Assembly: GCA_963921275.4 (NCBI GenBank) | Contig: OZ001293.3 | Span: 1,920,001-1,984,000, forward strand | Direction of reading: 5' to 3' | Source of the DNA: an uncultured Hormoscilla sp. | GTDB lineage: Bacteria; Cyanobacteriota; Cyanobacteriia; Cyanobacteriales; Desertifilaceae | DNA length: 64,000 nt | Part shown: positions 25,354 through 37,577 of the stretch, piece after piece | Position numbering within the stretch: position 1 is the first letter of the stretch | How the letters are laid out: every line of letters begins with the position of its first letter | Notes under the pieces: generated by a model | Databases searched by the model: none | What the model saw: the letters and a program-made list of their open reading frames with translations, nothing else | Told to the model about the DNA's origin: nothing | Program-made: the position numbers and the translations under genes

Positions 25354-25833
25354 ATGAATATCAGAATTGGCAACGGCTACGATATCCATCAGCTGGGTGG
25401 GGGACGCCCGCTGATTCTGGGAGGGGTGAATATTCCCCATGAGTTGGGACTGCTGGGACATTCTGATGCTGATGTCCTGACCCATGCAATTATGGACGGG
25501 ATGCTGGGGGCTTTGAGTCTGGGAGATATTGGTCATTATTTTCCTCCTTCTGACCCCCAGTGGGCGGGGGCTGATAGTCTGGTTTTGCTCAAGCAGGTAA
25601 ATCAGTTAATTGTCGATCGGGGCTGGCAGGTGGGAAATATTGACTCGGTGGTGGTGGCGGAACGTCCGAAACTTAAGCCCCATATTGCCCAGATGCGCGA
25701 TCGCCTGGCTGGTGTTCTGGCAGTAAAACCGGACCAAATTGGCATCAAAGCTACTACTAATGAGAAGTTAGGACCTGTGGGACGAGAAGAGGGTATTGCA
25801 GCTTATGCTGTGGTATTACTCGATCGGAAATAA
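25354..25833 (+). CDS. ispF: 2-C-methyl-D-erythritol 2,4-cyclodiphosphate synthase
   Basis: [26 protein letters not shown] and KATTNEKLG motifs. Confidence 0.98.
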   Translation: MNIRIGNGYDIHQLGGGRPLILGGVNIPHELGLLGHSDADVLTHAIMDGMLGALSLGDIGHYFPPSDPQWAGADSLVLLKQVNQLIVDRGWQVGNIDSVVVAERPKLKPHIAQMRDRLAGVLAVKPDQIGIKATTNEKLGPVGREEGIAAYAVVLLDRK

Positions 25834-26477
25834 GAGCTGTTCTCGGGAGGGAAGATGATTGAAAATTATTATGAAGCGGCGATGCCTCTCGGGTAGTGCG
25901 ATTACGATGTCCCCGGGGTAGTGCAATTAGCGCTCCCCGGGTACCATGTCGTAACCACTAGGCTAAGGTTTCAGGTGATAAATATTTATGTCTGGCTATA
26001 TAGATCGTCGAGCGCAATTCGCAATTTGCAATAGCGTTACGCGCACAATGTGCAACTTGGAGTTGATATTGGCGATCGCCGTCGATAATCTGCAAATAAA
26101 TTGTGGAAATCTCTACCGATGCCTTCCTGTTTATCGACGCTGTTTGCTATACAGATTTTTGGGCTGTGGAAGCATATAAAACATGGATGCGCCGCTCCCG
26201 ACAGGTGTCTCGCCTGTCGGGAAGTTGTCACTTGTCAGTATAATATAGCCCGAAAGCCAGACAAGTAATTTAAGCTAGTTTAACAAAATTTGACACAGTA
26301 CATAAAATTTATGTCAGACTACTTAGTATAATATATCTCGGGCAATTGTCTGATGAAACGTTATCTGCTATACTATAGCCTATTGTTGAGGATGTAATAC
26401 TATGCTGCAAACCCATCTCGGTCCCAGACTAATCCTAGGGTAGAAACAAACGAATAGCAAAAAAAGCAATTTATAAG

Positions 26478-28163
26478 ATGTCAGATATTAAAGATCTTCT
26501 CAGTTCAATTGTACCCGAAAAACTTACCACACAATGGCGTCGCACCATTAGACCCATAGGAGTATACGCATTGCAGGGTCTAGCATCCGATGGCGACCTG
26601 CTGGTGGCCCTAGACTCAGTGCGAGGGTATCTGCTACAGATAGATAGGGCGAGGGACAATGCCATTATCCTCAACCCTTATCATTACCCCCACTTCCAGT
26701 ACGCCACAGGGTTGGCCATCTGGGAGAAGACCCTATGGTTCGCTCTCGACGAGAGGGTGTATTACTGCGACTGGGGGGATCTGACACCCAAGGTATTTAC
26801 AACTTTACCCTATGAGGTCAATGGCGTAGCGGTATTGGAATCAATAGTATATGTCACATGTCGGCAGTTGGGCTACATCCTCATATTTGACCGCAACAGG
26901 GCGTCGGAGATCACCAGGATCAGAGCGCCAGGGGTGGGAGTAGAGAATATCACCATCAAGGGAGAAGAACTCTGGGTGGCAGACCGGGAGGAGCAAACAG
27001 TCTTCTGCTTGGACCGGGGGACTGGGGAAATTATCTTTAGCGTCCTCACCCCTTTTGAAAGTCCGACAGCTCTGACATTTCACAGAGGGCCAGACACAGA
27101 AGCAGAAATTCTCTATGTGGCCTATGCCGGTGAGGAGCCTTACATTCGAGATGACCCCAACTCCGAACCATCTTACCAGTTGACATGGCGCGATCGCACC
27201 TTCATCCATCCCCTGCATTACTACTACAACCAAGCTCAACATTACGTCATTTCCAACGGTTATCTGATCGAGATGTCCTATGTAGAGGAACTCTCCCCCC
27301 TAGAGGAATATTATTTAGAGAATCTGGAATGGCGGATTGCCCTGCCAGCGTCAACCCACCGGCAAAAAGTCAGGCAAGTGGAACCCATTGGCCTACCCTT
27401 CAGGGAAGAAGTCGAAGATGGTCAGCGGGTGGCCGTATTTAAGTTCGATCGCCTCAAACCCCATGAAGGGCGTATATTTGGCTGAAAAGCCCTGATCGAA
27501 GTCAGGAGTATCAAATATAATTTCGTGCCTCTAGACCTAGAAGAGATCCCCCCATTAGATCGGGAACTGCAAAAGCGTTATCTGGTGGATGATGACGACT
27601 TAGCGATGGACACAGAGACAGTCCGGCGGGCGGCCAAAGAGGCGATCGGGAGGGAAAGAAACTTCCTGCGGCAGATGATCTCGATTAGAAACTACGTCTA
27701 CGATCGACTATCCTACGGGATCAAACCAAAGATCGATCGTCCAGATATAGTCCTAGAACGAGGCATCGGTTCCTGCGGGGAGTACGTCGGCGTGTTACTA
27801 GGACTAGCACGCTTGAATGGCATAGCCTGCCGGACGATCGGTCGGTATAAATGTCCAGCAACCCCGGAGCAGCAAGGAGTCCCGCTGATACCAGACTTCA
27901 ATCATGTATGGTTAGAATTCTACATCCCCGGGTTTGGCTGGGTGCCGATGGAATCAAATCCCGATGATGTCGAAGACGGTCCCCACCTGACCCGATTTTT
28001 CATGGGATTAGCATGGTATCATATAGAAATAGGCAAAGGAATTTCCTTTGAAAAGCTGTTGCGCAACGGCAAACCTGTAAATAAAGAGGAAGTGTCCTTG
28101 GGGGATTTAGCCATCAATCATGTCAGATTCACAATAATAGAAGAACTGCCACCACCTGGGTAG
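26478..28163 (+). pseudogene. Beta-propeller plus transglutaminase-like domain protein with one in-frame stop
   Basis: GSCGEY, FNHVWLEFY and GWVPME motifs. TGA at 27483-27485 (GRIFG*KALIEV, likely TGG to TGA) separates two same-frame ORFs. Confidence 0.85.
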
Positions 28164-28522
28164 TTCCTTAGTTGGTATACTTTGAAAGGGATCGACTTGC
28201 GCTTTATTACATTGTTGGTGTCCTGAGCGAGGGGGGCTCTAGCAGCAGTAACTCTGGTGAGCACAACTGCCAGACCCCCCGGAACGCGCAGCAGCTCCAT
28301 CGTGCGACGCAGGAGCGCTCTTCATCTCCTAAAGGGCGCGTGGAGATTGCTAGCCCTCCTGGCGTCGGGCCGCTGCGCTAGCGGGGGGTGTTACACAAAC
28401 TAAACAAGGATATCGTTATTTAGCTCCCCCCTCGTTCCGGACATTTGCTTAGCGCTTTTGCTCTTCAAGATATGGCCCTAAGAGCAAAGGGACCCTTCGC
28501 AGTATAGTTATCTTAGCTGCAG

Positions 28523-30055
28523 TTGAGCAGCAGACCTGATCCATTACAAATAACCGCGATCGCTATGTCATCCCAACCGTTACTGTCTGGCAAACCTACT
28601 GGTAAACGCAAACAACGGCGCCGCCGCAACCTCTGGTTTGAGAGATTGATGGCGATCGTAGCGGTGGGGAACTTGACCTTGGTGGCCTTCGATATGAGTT
28701 ACGTCCGCATGCGGAATTTCTGGCTACAGGGTAATATTCCCATTCCTATAGTTGGCGGCACAATTAAAGCTCCCGTGCCACCGGTCACCTCTTGGTATGA
28801 CCCCGTTAAGGGGATTGAACCCCACCGAGATACGGCGGCGTATCTCCAGCGGGTGGATGCGCTAGAAGCTCAAATAAGGAAAACAGGAGTGCGATCTCCC
28901 TCCTCAGAAGCTCTCTTAGAAGAATTGCGGGTCAGAAGCATGAAAATGATTGAAGAGAATCCTTTTCAGGTAGCCAATAAGAGTGGAACCCTGGAAAAGA
29001 TTAAAAATCGGATGCGCGACCTAATTGACAATGAACAGGATTCATCCAAAGAAGTATTCAAGACTTTCTGGAGCCAAGAATATTTAGCTACAGCATCGCC
29101 AACACAAGGACTAGGGTTCTTTAAGGAAGAGATTCGTCCCCTGATCGAAACCAACTACTTTCGGTCGAGCGACGAAACTGGGAAATTTACCGATAAATTC
29201 TGGCAACTAGACTTACCCTTTGCCATACTTTTTATCCTAGAGTTTCTGGCGCGGACCTTTTACATCAGCCGCAGGTATACTAGCATTGACTGGCAAGAGG
29301 CCATGTTGTGGCGCTGGTACGATATCTTTTTGTTTTTGCCGTTTTTCCGCTGGCTACGAGTCATCCCGGTGACTATTCGGCTGAACGACGCAGAGTTAAT
29401 CGATCTCGAACCAGTCCGCGCTCAATTCAGTCGAGGTTTTGTGGCTAGCTTTGCTGGAGAGCTAACAGAAGTCGTGATCGTGCAAACGATAAACCAGGTA
29501 CAAAAGTCAGTCAAGAGTGGTGATTTAGCACGGCAGGTGTTTGAGAGTGTCAACCGCCCCTACATCGACCTGAACAACATTAACGAAGCAGAAGCGATCT
29601 CAGGACGTCTAGTGCAACTGACTCTCTACGAAGTGTTGCCAGAGATAGAGCCAGACTTAAGAGCCTGGCTGAACCATAACATAGAAAGCATCCTCAGTCA
29701 ATCTCCTGTGTACCAAGGTCTGCATGCCTTACCAGGCTTGAATCAGCTCCCCGCTCAGTTAACCTTACAGATAGCGACACAGGTCTCAAAGCTGCTCACA
29801 GAAGGATCCCAATCACTCTACGATGCCATCATCAACGACCCCGTCGGTGGTGAACTGACAAACAAGCTAGTGCAGCATTTCAGCCAAGCTTTAGGCTCGG
29901 AAATTCAACAAAAGCAAAACTTGCAAGAACTCGAATCCCTGATTTACGACTTCCTGGAAGAGGTTAAGATCAATTACGTCCAGCACCTATCCCAGGAGGA
30001 TATCGAGCAAATTCTGGAACAAACCAGGCAACTCCAGCAAGGTAGCAAATCCTAG
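28523..30055 (+). CDS. Conserved cyanobacterial membrane protein (ion-transport-like TM segment); true start may be ATG 28565
   Basis: Long intact ORF with TM helices and the segment WRWYDIFLFLPFFRWLRVIPV. Confidence 0.75.
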   Translation: MSSRPDPLQITAIAMSSQPLLSGKPTGKRKQRRRRNLWFERLMAIVAVGNLTLVAFDMSYVRMRNFWLQGNIPIPIVGGTIKAPVPPVTSWYDPVKGIEPHRDTAAYLQRVDALEAQIRKTGVRSPSSEALLEELRVRSMKMIEENPFQVANKSGTLEKIKNRMRDLIDNEQDSSKEVFKTFWSQEYLATASPTQGLGFFKEEIRPLIETNYFRSSDETGKFTDKFWQLDLPFAILFILEFLARTFYISRRYTSIDWQEAMLWRWYDIFLFLPFFRWLRVIPVTIRLNDAELIDLEPVRAQFSRGFVASFAGELTEVVIVQTINQVQKSVKSGDLARQVFESVNRPYIDLNNINEAEAISGRLVQLTLYEVLPEIEPDLRAWLNHNIESILSQSPVYQGLHALPGLNQLPAQLTLQIATQVSKLLTEGSQSLYDAIINDPVGGELTNKLVQHFSQALGSEIQQKQNLQELESLIYDFLEEVKINYVQHLSQEDIEQILEQTRQLQQGSKS

Positions 30056-30489
30056 CCCAGCGTAGGACAGGCGTCTCGCCTGTCGGTCGGTGGAGGAGAT
30101 CGCCAGATCCTGCTAACTACCACCGGTAGGTATAAGCCTCGGTCCATAAATAAAACTTGACAAATAAACTTTTCTGTGATAGCATAGTAAAATATATCTG
30201 AGATCCTCTCCCCCCTCTCTAGGCGCGAAAGCGCCTGGGAAGCACTAAAGCGCTGACTACGAACGGGAATGTTATGATAGAAATAACTCGAAGGCACCCA
30301 CGGGACTAGGCCGCTAGTAGCCCCGTAATGATGTGGAACGGCGTCGTGGAGGTCAGGCATAATTTCACGCCTAAGTGGGTCTGTTACCAAATGTGTGGGC
30401 ACGCTCCGGGAACCCTACGCTGCTCACCATGAGGGTAAATACCCGCTTTTTTTTAATGGAAGTTAGAGCTGTTTTGCGGGGGTTGACAG

Positions 30490-30951
30490 ATGAATCATCC
30501 TTTAATTCCAGAAATTCTGGATTTGGCAACACCAGTGGCATCTACCCTGGGATTAGAAGTGGTAGGAGCAGTTTTTCAGACGAACCAAAAGCCCCCAGTA
30601 CTGCGTGTAGACATCCGGAATCCTCAACAAGATACCGGTTTAGATGACTGCGAACGAATGAGTCGAGCGATGTCGGCAACCTTAGATAGTAATGAAATTC
30701 TATCAGATGCTTACGTTCTGGAGATTTCCAGTCCTGGCATATCACGACAGCTGACGAGCGATCGAGAATTTATCGCCTTCAAAGGGTTTGCCGTCATTGT
30801 CAGCACAAAAGCTGCTGCCGAAAGTATAAAGGAGTGGCGAGGGCAGTTGCAGCGTAGGGATGAGACAGCAGTTTACTTGAATCAAAAAAGAAAAAGCATC
30901 GCCATCTCGCGCCAGGATATTACCAGGGTGGAGTTAGATGAAAGCCGCTAA
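30490..30951 (+). CDS. rimP: Ribosome maturation factor RimP
   Basis: LDDCERMSR and YVLEISSPGI motifs; located upstream of nusA. Confidence 0.96.
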   Translation: MNHPLIPEILDLATPVASTLGLEVVGAVFQTNQKPPVLRVDIRNPQQDTGLDDCERMSRAMSATLDSNEILSDAYVLEISSPGISRQLTSDREFIAFKGFAVIVSTKAAAESIKEWRGQLQRRDETAVYLNQKRKSIAISRQDITRVELDESR

Positions 30952-30995
30952 CAATCATCAAAGAGCAGTCATTTTTTAGGGAGACAGAACAAAAA

Positions 30996-32342
30996 ATGTC
31001 AATGGTAAATCTGCCAAGACTAAAAGATATGATCGACAGTATCAGTCGAGATCGCAACTTACCGAAACACGCTGTCCAGGCGGCGCTGCGAGAAGCGCTG
31101 ATGAAGGGATATGAGCGCTATCGTCGCACTCAAGGGCTGAATAGCGCCAACTTTGATGAAGAATACTTTGACAATTTTGAAATCGAACTAGACATCGAGG
31201 AGGAAGGATTTAGAATCCTGTCCACTAAAAGTATTACCGAAGAGGTCAGCAACCCAGACCATCAGATTTCACTCAAAGAAGTGCAAGAAGTCGCTGCCGA
31301 AGCCCAGTTGGGAGATACCGTGATATTGGATGTCACGCCAGATCAGAGAGATTTTGGTCGGATGGCGGCGATCCAGACTAAGCAGGTGCTGGCTCAAAAA
31401 CTGCGAGATCAACAGCGTAAGCTGATTCAAGAAGAGTTCCAAGACCTGGAAGGGACAGTACTACAAGCTAGAGTCTTGCGCTTTGAAAGACAATCAGCGA
31501 TCATGGCAGTTAGTAGTAGTTTTGGCCAGCCAGAGGTAGAAGCGGAACTGCCCAAGCGGGAACAGCTGCCCAACGACAACTATCGAGCTAATGCCACCTT
31601 CAAGGTTTATCTGAAAAAAGTGGGCTCCGGCTCTCACCGAGGCCCGCAGCTGCTAGTGTCGCGAGCTGACGCCGGTTTAGTGGTGTATCTGTTCGACAAC
31701 GAAGTGCCAGAAATTCAGGATGAAATAGTGCGCATTGTGGCAGTAGCGCGGGAAGCAAATCCTCCTTCTCGTTATGTGGGCCCCCGCACGAAAATTGCTG
31801 TTGATACTCTCGAACGAGATGTAGACCCAGTAGGAGCCTGCATCGGCTCCCGAGGGTCGCGCATTCAAGTGGTGGTCAATGAATTGCGGGGGGAAAAAAT
31901 CGACGTGATCCGCTGGTCCCCTGACCCAGCTACCTATATTGCCAACGCCCTCAGTCCCGCCCGTGTCGATGCTGTGTATTTAGTAGACCCGGATGTTCGT
32001 CAAGCTCATGTCCTCGTGGCGGAAAATCAGCTGAGTTTAGCCATTGGCAAGGAAGGACAGAACGTCCGTCTGGCTGCTCGCCTGACCAGTTGGAAAATTG
32101 ATATCAAAGATAACGCCTCTTACGACCATGAAGCCGAAAGCCTCAAGATTGCAGCTATAGTAGAGGCTCGTCAACTTGAAGATCTCGCCTCGGACGAAGA
32201 GCTGGAACTGGAAGTTGAACCGGATTCACTCTCACCGGTAGCAACATCAGACCCCGATCGGGTGGCCGCTGACGACCAAGCAGATGTTGTAGAGACAGCT
32301 GTGAATCCATCAGTACCGGAAACGGAGACTGATGATTGGTGA
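30996..32342 (+). CDS. nusA: Transcription termination/antitermination factor NusA
   Basis: FGRMAAIQTKQ, DPVGACIGSRGSRI and AIGKEGQNVRLAA motifs. Confidence 0.98.
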   Translation: MSMVNLPRLKDMIDSISRDRNLPKHAVQAALREALMKGYERYRRTQGLNSANFDEEYFDNFEIELDIEEEGFRILSTKSITEEVSNPDHQISLKEVQEVAAEAQLGDTVILDVTPDQRDFGRMAAIQTKQVLAQKLRDQQRKLIQEEFQDLEGTVLQARVLRFERQSAIMAVSSSFGQPEVEAELPKREQLPNDNYRANATFKVYLKKVGSGSHRGPQLLVSRADAGLVVYLFDNEVPEIQDEIVRIVAVAREANPPSRYVGPRTKIAVDTLERDVDPVGACIGSRGSRIQVVVNELRGEKIDVIRWSPDPATYIANALSPARVDAVYLVDPDVRQAHVLVAENQLSLAIGKEGQNVRLAARLTSWKIDIKDNASYDHEAESLKIAAIVEARQLEDLASDEELELEVEPDSLSPVATSDPDRVAADDQADVVETAVNPSVPETETDDW

Positions 32343-32409
32343 TGGATGGCTGATAACTATTGACTGACAGCGTCTTCCATCCATAACTGCCCAATCCCCA
32401 TTTCCAATC

Positions 32410-32745
32410 ATGTTACCCAACTATCGCCGTTGTATTAGTTGCCGGAAGGTAGCTAGCAAAGAAGCTTTTTGGCGCATTGTCAGAGTATATCCTTCTGGAC
32501 AGTTACAATTAGATCTGGGCATGGGGCGTTCGGCCTATCTATGTCCAGAGCAGGAGTGCCTCAAAGCAGCTCAGAAGAAAAATCGCTTGGGGAAGGCCCT
32601 GAGAGCCAGAGTCCCCCAAGAAATATACCAAACTCTGTGGGAACGCTTAGGGGCGGTGTCTCCTGGGAGCGCTACTCGCACTACCCAGGAGACACCGGCC
32701 GCTGGTCCAGGAGATATATCCCCGAAACAGCCTGACTGCAGCTGA
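32410..32745 (+). CDS. ylxR: YlxR family RNA-binding protein
   Basis: RRCISCR and GRSAYLCP motifs; lies between nusA and infB. Confidence 0.93.
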   Translation: MLPNYRRCISCRKVASKEAFWRIVRVYPSGQLQLDLGMGRSAYLCPEQECLKAAQKKNRLGKALRARVPQEIYQTLWERLGAVSPGSATRTTQETPAAGPGDISPKQPDCS

Positions 32746-33496
32746 GCAACTGTCTGAGGAGGCCAACAGTGGCGGTGACTGGAAAGGGATTTAACCATTT
32801 TGAAAAATCTCCGAGAAAGGAAACCCGCTCAAGGCGACGCTTTCAGTCTCTCATTTGTAGCATTTTTTTATGCATTTGGAATAAGGGAGTCTGGCACCGC
32901 TTGCCTTGGGACCAGTAGCTCACCAGGATGAGTGGCGATCCAAATGGCTGTGATGGTATTAAAATAAAAAGAGGAAGTAAACTTTATTGCCTCATGGCGG
33001 GTGGAAAGGAAAGCAAAAAGGTTCGTATGCAATCGAGTTGCTTGACGGTGTCCCAAGGGGCCCCCAGTCCGCAGACAGTGAAAGCTGTCTCATCTGATGA
33101 TAGCCCAGAGGCAAGGAAAACAGCGTCTGCTTGGGTTGCCTGGCAGAGCAGGCAACCCAAAAGTGAGACTGCTGGTAATATGGTAGACAAGCATGAGTCC
33201 GCTTGGATCTTGCTTGTCTACTGGCAGAGGGGCAATTAGGGTTCGATCGCTTGACGTACTCGGCCCCTGGAGATTAGACCTCTTGCAAAAGTCGATTTGG
33301 GCTACGTAATATCAATACTTGCAGCCCCCTATTTGGATCCATTTTGGCATTTATGCAAGAGGTCTATTGTGTAAAATCAGGAACTCACGACTAGGGCGCG
33401 AGACTGATGATAAGGAGCAAAAAAAATTGTAGTCGCTTCTCGATCGGGAGGCAGGCCATGATGTGAAAACTGGTAGGTAGGAAAGAGGAAGAGTGG

Positions 33497-36400
33497 ATGA
33501 ACAACGGCAAAGTAAGAATTTACGAGCTATCAAAGGAATTGGATTCGGAGAATAAGAACATATTGAAAGTTTGCGAGAAGCTAAACATCACAGTGAAAAG
33601 CCACAGCAGCACAATATCAGCATCAGATGCTGAACGCATTCGTGCCCACGCAGAAAAACACCCAGAAGAATTAGTCAGCCACTCATCTCAATCTGCCAGT
33701 GTCAGCTCGGCATCAATTGACACAGAATCAGCACCAGACACGCCGCCAGTAAAAAAACGGCAAGAAATTCTGGAAATTCGCCCAAATAGTAAGCCGATGT
33801 ATGCTAATGGTTCTCACAATCAGAGTGGGGCAACGAAGCCTCAGAAGCTAAGGGCTCCGAAGAAACCAGTTCATCAGCATCCAAGTCAAAGTAGTGAGTT
33901 ATCGGCGGCGAATGTTGAACTTCCGTCCCCCCCCAAACCCCGCACGAAAGGAGGTGCTGCCGAATCAATCGGGCGGAATGAAGAAAAAAGCCCGGCGTCG
34001 GAGCCAACTCGGGAATTGACAGTGGATAGGCAGGTGGAAGAAAAGCCGGAACTAATTGGTCCGCCAGTAAAGCGACAAGAAATAAAAACAGAGAATCGGC
34101 CAGCCATAAGCGTTATTGGTGAAGGGTCGGAAAAGCCAAAGGGACGAAGGAATCGGGAAGAAAATAAGCAGCAGTACCGGAAAGAACAAGACCACAAGAA
34201 ATTTAATCAGTCCAAGGAAATCGCAGAGGAAGAAGGCAAGAATATTCCGAGGTCCTCATCAGAACAGAAGGGAAAGGGGGTGGAAAATGCGGAGACAATT
34301 GTGTCTAATCGACCGATAATAAAACGGTCCAAAAATAAGGAGAAGAAACAGGATACGTCTGAGAAACAATCGGCAAGCAAAAATTGGACAGAGCCCCATA
34401 AACCGCCATTAAAACGAGTAGAGAGCCAAAAAATAGTCAGACTGGCATCGCGGGAAGGCTCCAAGAGTCGTAGTGGACTACGAGATGAGGCATCCTCAAC
34501 GGGGACGCAACCGGTATTAGAACTGCGACGGCCCCGCCCGATGGGTCCAACGACAGCCCCAACAGATCGCTCGGATGAGGAATTATCGTCATCGCTGGTA
34601 TTACGAAAAGACGTGTCCGACAGCTCAGATGCGGATGAGAATACTAAATATCGGGAGCTGAAGCGACCTGTACCACGTCCACCTAAGCGAGTGAAAAAAC
34701 GGGAGGAGGAAAAGGAAGAGGATGAACAGATAGAAAGTAAAAAGGTCCCAAAAGCGCCAGCGAAGGCTAAGCGGCGTCCGATAATCATCTTAGATTCCGA
34801 TTTAGATTCCGATTTGGATTCTGATTTAGATTCCGATGACGATCTGCTAGCCCCTGTGGAAGTCAGTTTGTCATTGGTGCGTCCGGCAAAACCGAAGGGA
34901 AGTGCAACTCATCAAAGTAAACTGGCAGCTTCGGCAGCACGACCGAGCCACAAGGGGAAAGAAGGAATAAAGAGTCAGAAAACATCGGCTCGCAATCATC
35001 GGGAACAGGCTTCAAAAGAAAAGCCATCGAAAATTGTGCTTAAAGGTGGACTGACAGTGCAAGAGCTGGCGAGTCTCCTAGTTGTGCCGTCTCCGGAGAT
35101 TGTCAAGGGGCTGTTCTATAAAGGAATTGCCGCGACGGTAACCCAAACCCTGGATGTAGAGACGGCAAGTCTAGTAGCCCAAGAGCTAGGGGTGGAGGTG
35201 GAAATGGCGTCGGCTGAGTCTGAGGCTCGGAAAGTAACGGAGATGCTGGATGAGGCAGACTTGGAAAACTTGCAACGTCGTCCACCGGTGGTGACGATTA
35301 TGGGCCATGTTGACCACGGAAAAACGACTTTGCTGGACTCGATTAGAAAAACTAAGGTGGCACAGGGAGAAGCTGGTGGGATTACTCAGCATATTGGTGC
35401 CTATCATGTGGATGTGGAACATGGAGGGTCTCAAGCTCAGATCGTTTTCTTGGATACTCCGGGTCACGAAGCCTTCACGGCAATGCGGGCGCGAGGGGCA
35501 CGAGTTACAGATATTGCGATTCTGGTGGTGGCGGCTGATGATGGGGTGCGCCCTCAAACAATTGAGGCAATTAGTCATGCTCAGGCGGCGGAAGTGCCGC
35601 TGGTGGTGGCAATTAATAAAATTGACAAGGAGGGTGCCCAGCCCGATCGGGTGAAGCAGGAGTTGATGGATCATGGTCTGGTGCCAGAAGAATGGGGCGG
35701 CGAGACGATAATGGTGCCGGTGAGCGCGATCGAGGGAGAAAATCTGGATACGCTCTTGGAAATGATTCTGTTGGTAGCTGAAATAGAAGAACTCTCTGCC
35801 AACCCAGACCGAGTGGCAAAGGGAACGGTGATAGAAGCGCATCTGGATAAGGCGAAAGGTCCAGTGGCGACGCTACTGGTGCAAAATGGAACGCTGCGGG
35901 TGGGAGATACTCTGCTGGCAGGTGCGGCGATCGGGAAGGTGCGTGCAATGATAGACGATCGGGGTCAGCGGGTGGAAACGGCGGGCCCTTCTTGTGCGGT
36001 GGCGGTTTTGGGACTGGGGAATGTGCCGTCGGCAGGGAATGAGTTCCTGGTGTTTGCTGACGAAAAAGAAGCTAAGGCTCTCGCCCAAGCGCGGAGCCTT
36101 GAACAACAGGAATCTCGTTGGCAACAGGCAATGGCATCCCGACGAGTCACTCTCAATAGTCTCAGCGCCCGCGCTCAAGAGGGCGAACTCAAGGAGCTAA
36201 ACCTGGTCTTGAAGGCAGATGTTCAAGGTTCGGTGGAGGCGATTTTGGGATCGCTCAAACAGCTGCCTCAAAATGAAGTGCAAGTGCGAGTGCTGTTGGC
36301 TGCTCCGGGGGAGATCGCGCAAACGGATGTGGATCTGGCGGCGGCGTCAGATGCGGTGATCATTGGCTTCAACACGAATTTTGCCAGTGGGGCCCGAGCT

Positions 36401-36808
36401 GCTGCTGACGATGCGGGTGTAGACGTGCGCGAATATGATGTCATCTATAGTCTGCTGGACGATATCCAGGGAGCGATGGAAGGTCTGCTGGATCCAGAAA
36501 TGGTCGAAGAAGAACTGGGCTCTGTGGAAGTGCGTGCTGTATTTAATGTGGGTAAGGGTGTGGTCGCTGGCTGCTATGTGCTCTCTGGTAAGGCGGTGCG
36601 CAACTGTAATCTGCGGGTCTATCGCGGCAAGAATGTGATTTATGAAGGCATTCTCGACTCGCTCAAACGGATGAAGGATGATGTTAAGGAGGTTAGTGCT
36701 GGCTTCGAGTGTGGGATCGGTGTTGACAAATTCAATGACTGGGCGGGAAATGATATCATCGAAACCTACCGGATGGTGACTAAGCGACGTACTCTCTCAT
36801 CAAAATAG
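33497..36808 (+). CDS. infB: Translation initiation factor IF-2
   Basis: [28 protein letters not shown] and GFECGI motifs. Confidence 0.99.
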   Translation: MNNGKVRIYELSKELDSENKNILKVCEKLNITVKSHSSTISASDAERIRAHAEKHPEELVSHSSQSASVSSASIDTESAPDTPPVKKRQEILEIRPNSKPMYANGSHNQSGATKPQKLRAPKKPVHQHPSQSSELSAANVELPSPPKPRTKGGAAESIGRNEEKSPASEPTRELTVDRQVEEKPELIGPPVKRQEIKTENRPAISVIGEGSEKPKGRRNREENKQQYRKEQDHKKFNQSKEIAEEEGKNIPRSSSEQKGKGVENAETIVSNRPIIKRSKNKEKKQDTSEKQSASKNWTEPHKPPLKRVESQKIVRLASREGSKSRSGLRDEASSTGTQPVLELRRPRPMGPTTAPTDRSDEELSSSLVLRKDVSDSSDADENTKYRELKRPVPRPPKRVKKREEEKEEDEQIESKKVPKAPAKAKRRPIIILDSDLDSDLDSDLDSDDDLLAPVEVSLSLVRPAKPKGSATHQSKLAASAARPSHKGKEGIKSQKTSARNHREQASKEKPSKIVLKGGLTVQELASLLVVPSPEIVKGLFYKGIAATVTQTLDVETASLVAQELGVEVEMASAESEARKVTEMLDEADLENLQRRPPVVTIMGHVDHGKTTLLDSIRKTKVAQGEAGGITQHIGAYHVDVEHGGSQAQIVFLDTPGHEAFTAMRARGARVTDIAILVVAADDGVRPQTIEAISHAQAAEVPLVVAINKIDKEGAQPDRVKQELMDHGLVPEEWGGETIMVPVSAIEGENLDTLLEMILLVAEIEELSANPDRVAKGTVIEAHLDKAKGPVATLLVQNGTLRVGDTLLAGAAIGKVRAMIDDRGQRVETAGPSCAVAVLGLGNVPSAGNEFLVFADEKEAKALAQARSLEQQESRWQQAMASRRVTLNSLSARAQEGELKELNLVLKADVQGSVEAILGSLKQLPQNEVQVRVLLAAPGEIAQTDVDLAAASDAVIIGFNTNFASGARAAADDAGVDVREYDVIYSLLDDIQGAMEGLLDPEMVEEELGSVEVRAVFNVGKGVVAGCYVLSGKAVRNCNLRVYRGKNVIYEGILDSLKRMKDDVKEVSAGFECGIGVDKFNDWAGNDIIETYRMVTKRRTLSSK

Positions 36809-37321
36809 GCATGGGCTCGTTGGTGCGGTAGATGGCTGGGCTCCGGTAGTAACTGTGTGGCTACCGGAGCTTCAACTCCCTCGGGATGGGCGCATCGCTC
36901 GCTTTGGGGGGCAGGGGGCAGGGGGAATGTCCTTCATTTTAGAGAGGGATGAGCGGGATATCTGACCGGGATGGATGCTTCAAGAGGATACGCCCCCTCG
37001 GAATACAGGGAAGACTGGCTCCGAATTTGTGGCTGATAGCTGCTGGCTAGGGAAAAAAATGTGATCGATGAGACAGAAGCTAATTGAAAATTAAGTTATA
37101 TTAAAAGGAAATAAAAATAGGCGTTGCACATTTTGGGGATGATGCCCTTTTTTGCACAGGCTACGCTACTGAAAATGGCTTGTAGTCTAAGTTTGAGAGT
37201 TCTGCAACTATCTCCATCATCCCGTCCGAAGTGCAACAAAAATATTGAAAGCGCTCCATGAGTGCGAATGCTTTTAATATGAGTTGATTTTCATAGTACA
37301 TTCACTAGCTAGGAGGAGTTT

Positions 37322-37519
37322 ATGTCGAGTTTGACTTTATCACCCAGCTGTAGCTCGGATGCGGAAATATGGGAAAACCTCAAAGGTGCGATCGCCTCTA
37401 GTTCGGGGTTTGAGCGTTGGCGAAGCGAACGCAGTGCAGACGCCGAGATCCAGAGCCTGAGTAAAGAGCAGCAGGTGCGCATTTACCTGCGGGAAACTTT
37501 AGAAACTCTGGCTTACTAA
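37322..37519 (+). CDS. Small conserved cyanobacterial hypothetical protein
   Basis: RBS AGGAG, WENLKGAIASSSGFERW and YLRETLETLAY. Confidence 0.8.
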   Translation: MSSLTLSPSCSSDAEIWENLKGAIASSSGFERWRSERSADAEIQSLSKEQQVRIYLRETLETLAY

Positions 37520-37536
37520 GGCTTACTAAAAGGTGG

Positions 37537-37568
37537 TAATTCCCATCCCTGTTCGGGGATGGGAATTA
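37537..37568. terminator. Probable bidirectional terminator hairpin
   Basis: TAATTCCCATCCC-tgttcg-GGGATGGGAATTA between convergent genes. Confidence 0.6.
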
Positions 37569-37577
37569 TTATGTTAA

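Noticed and set aside
27483..27485. TGA readthrough, selenocysteine or an alternative genetic code
   Set aside because: TGA terminates normal genes here (nusA, priA), and other pseudogenes carry TAA/TAG lesions; a simple TGG to TGA nonsense mutation is more parsimonious.
34789..34838. 12-bp tandem repeat in infB (LDSD x4)
   Set aside because: It is an in-frame slippage in the low-complexity IF-2 N-terminal region, which is ordinary.
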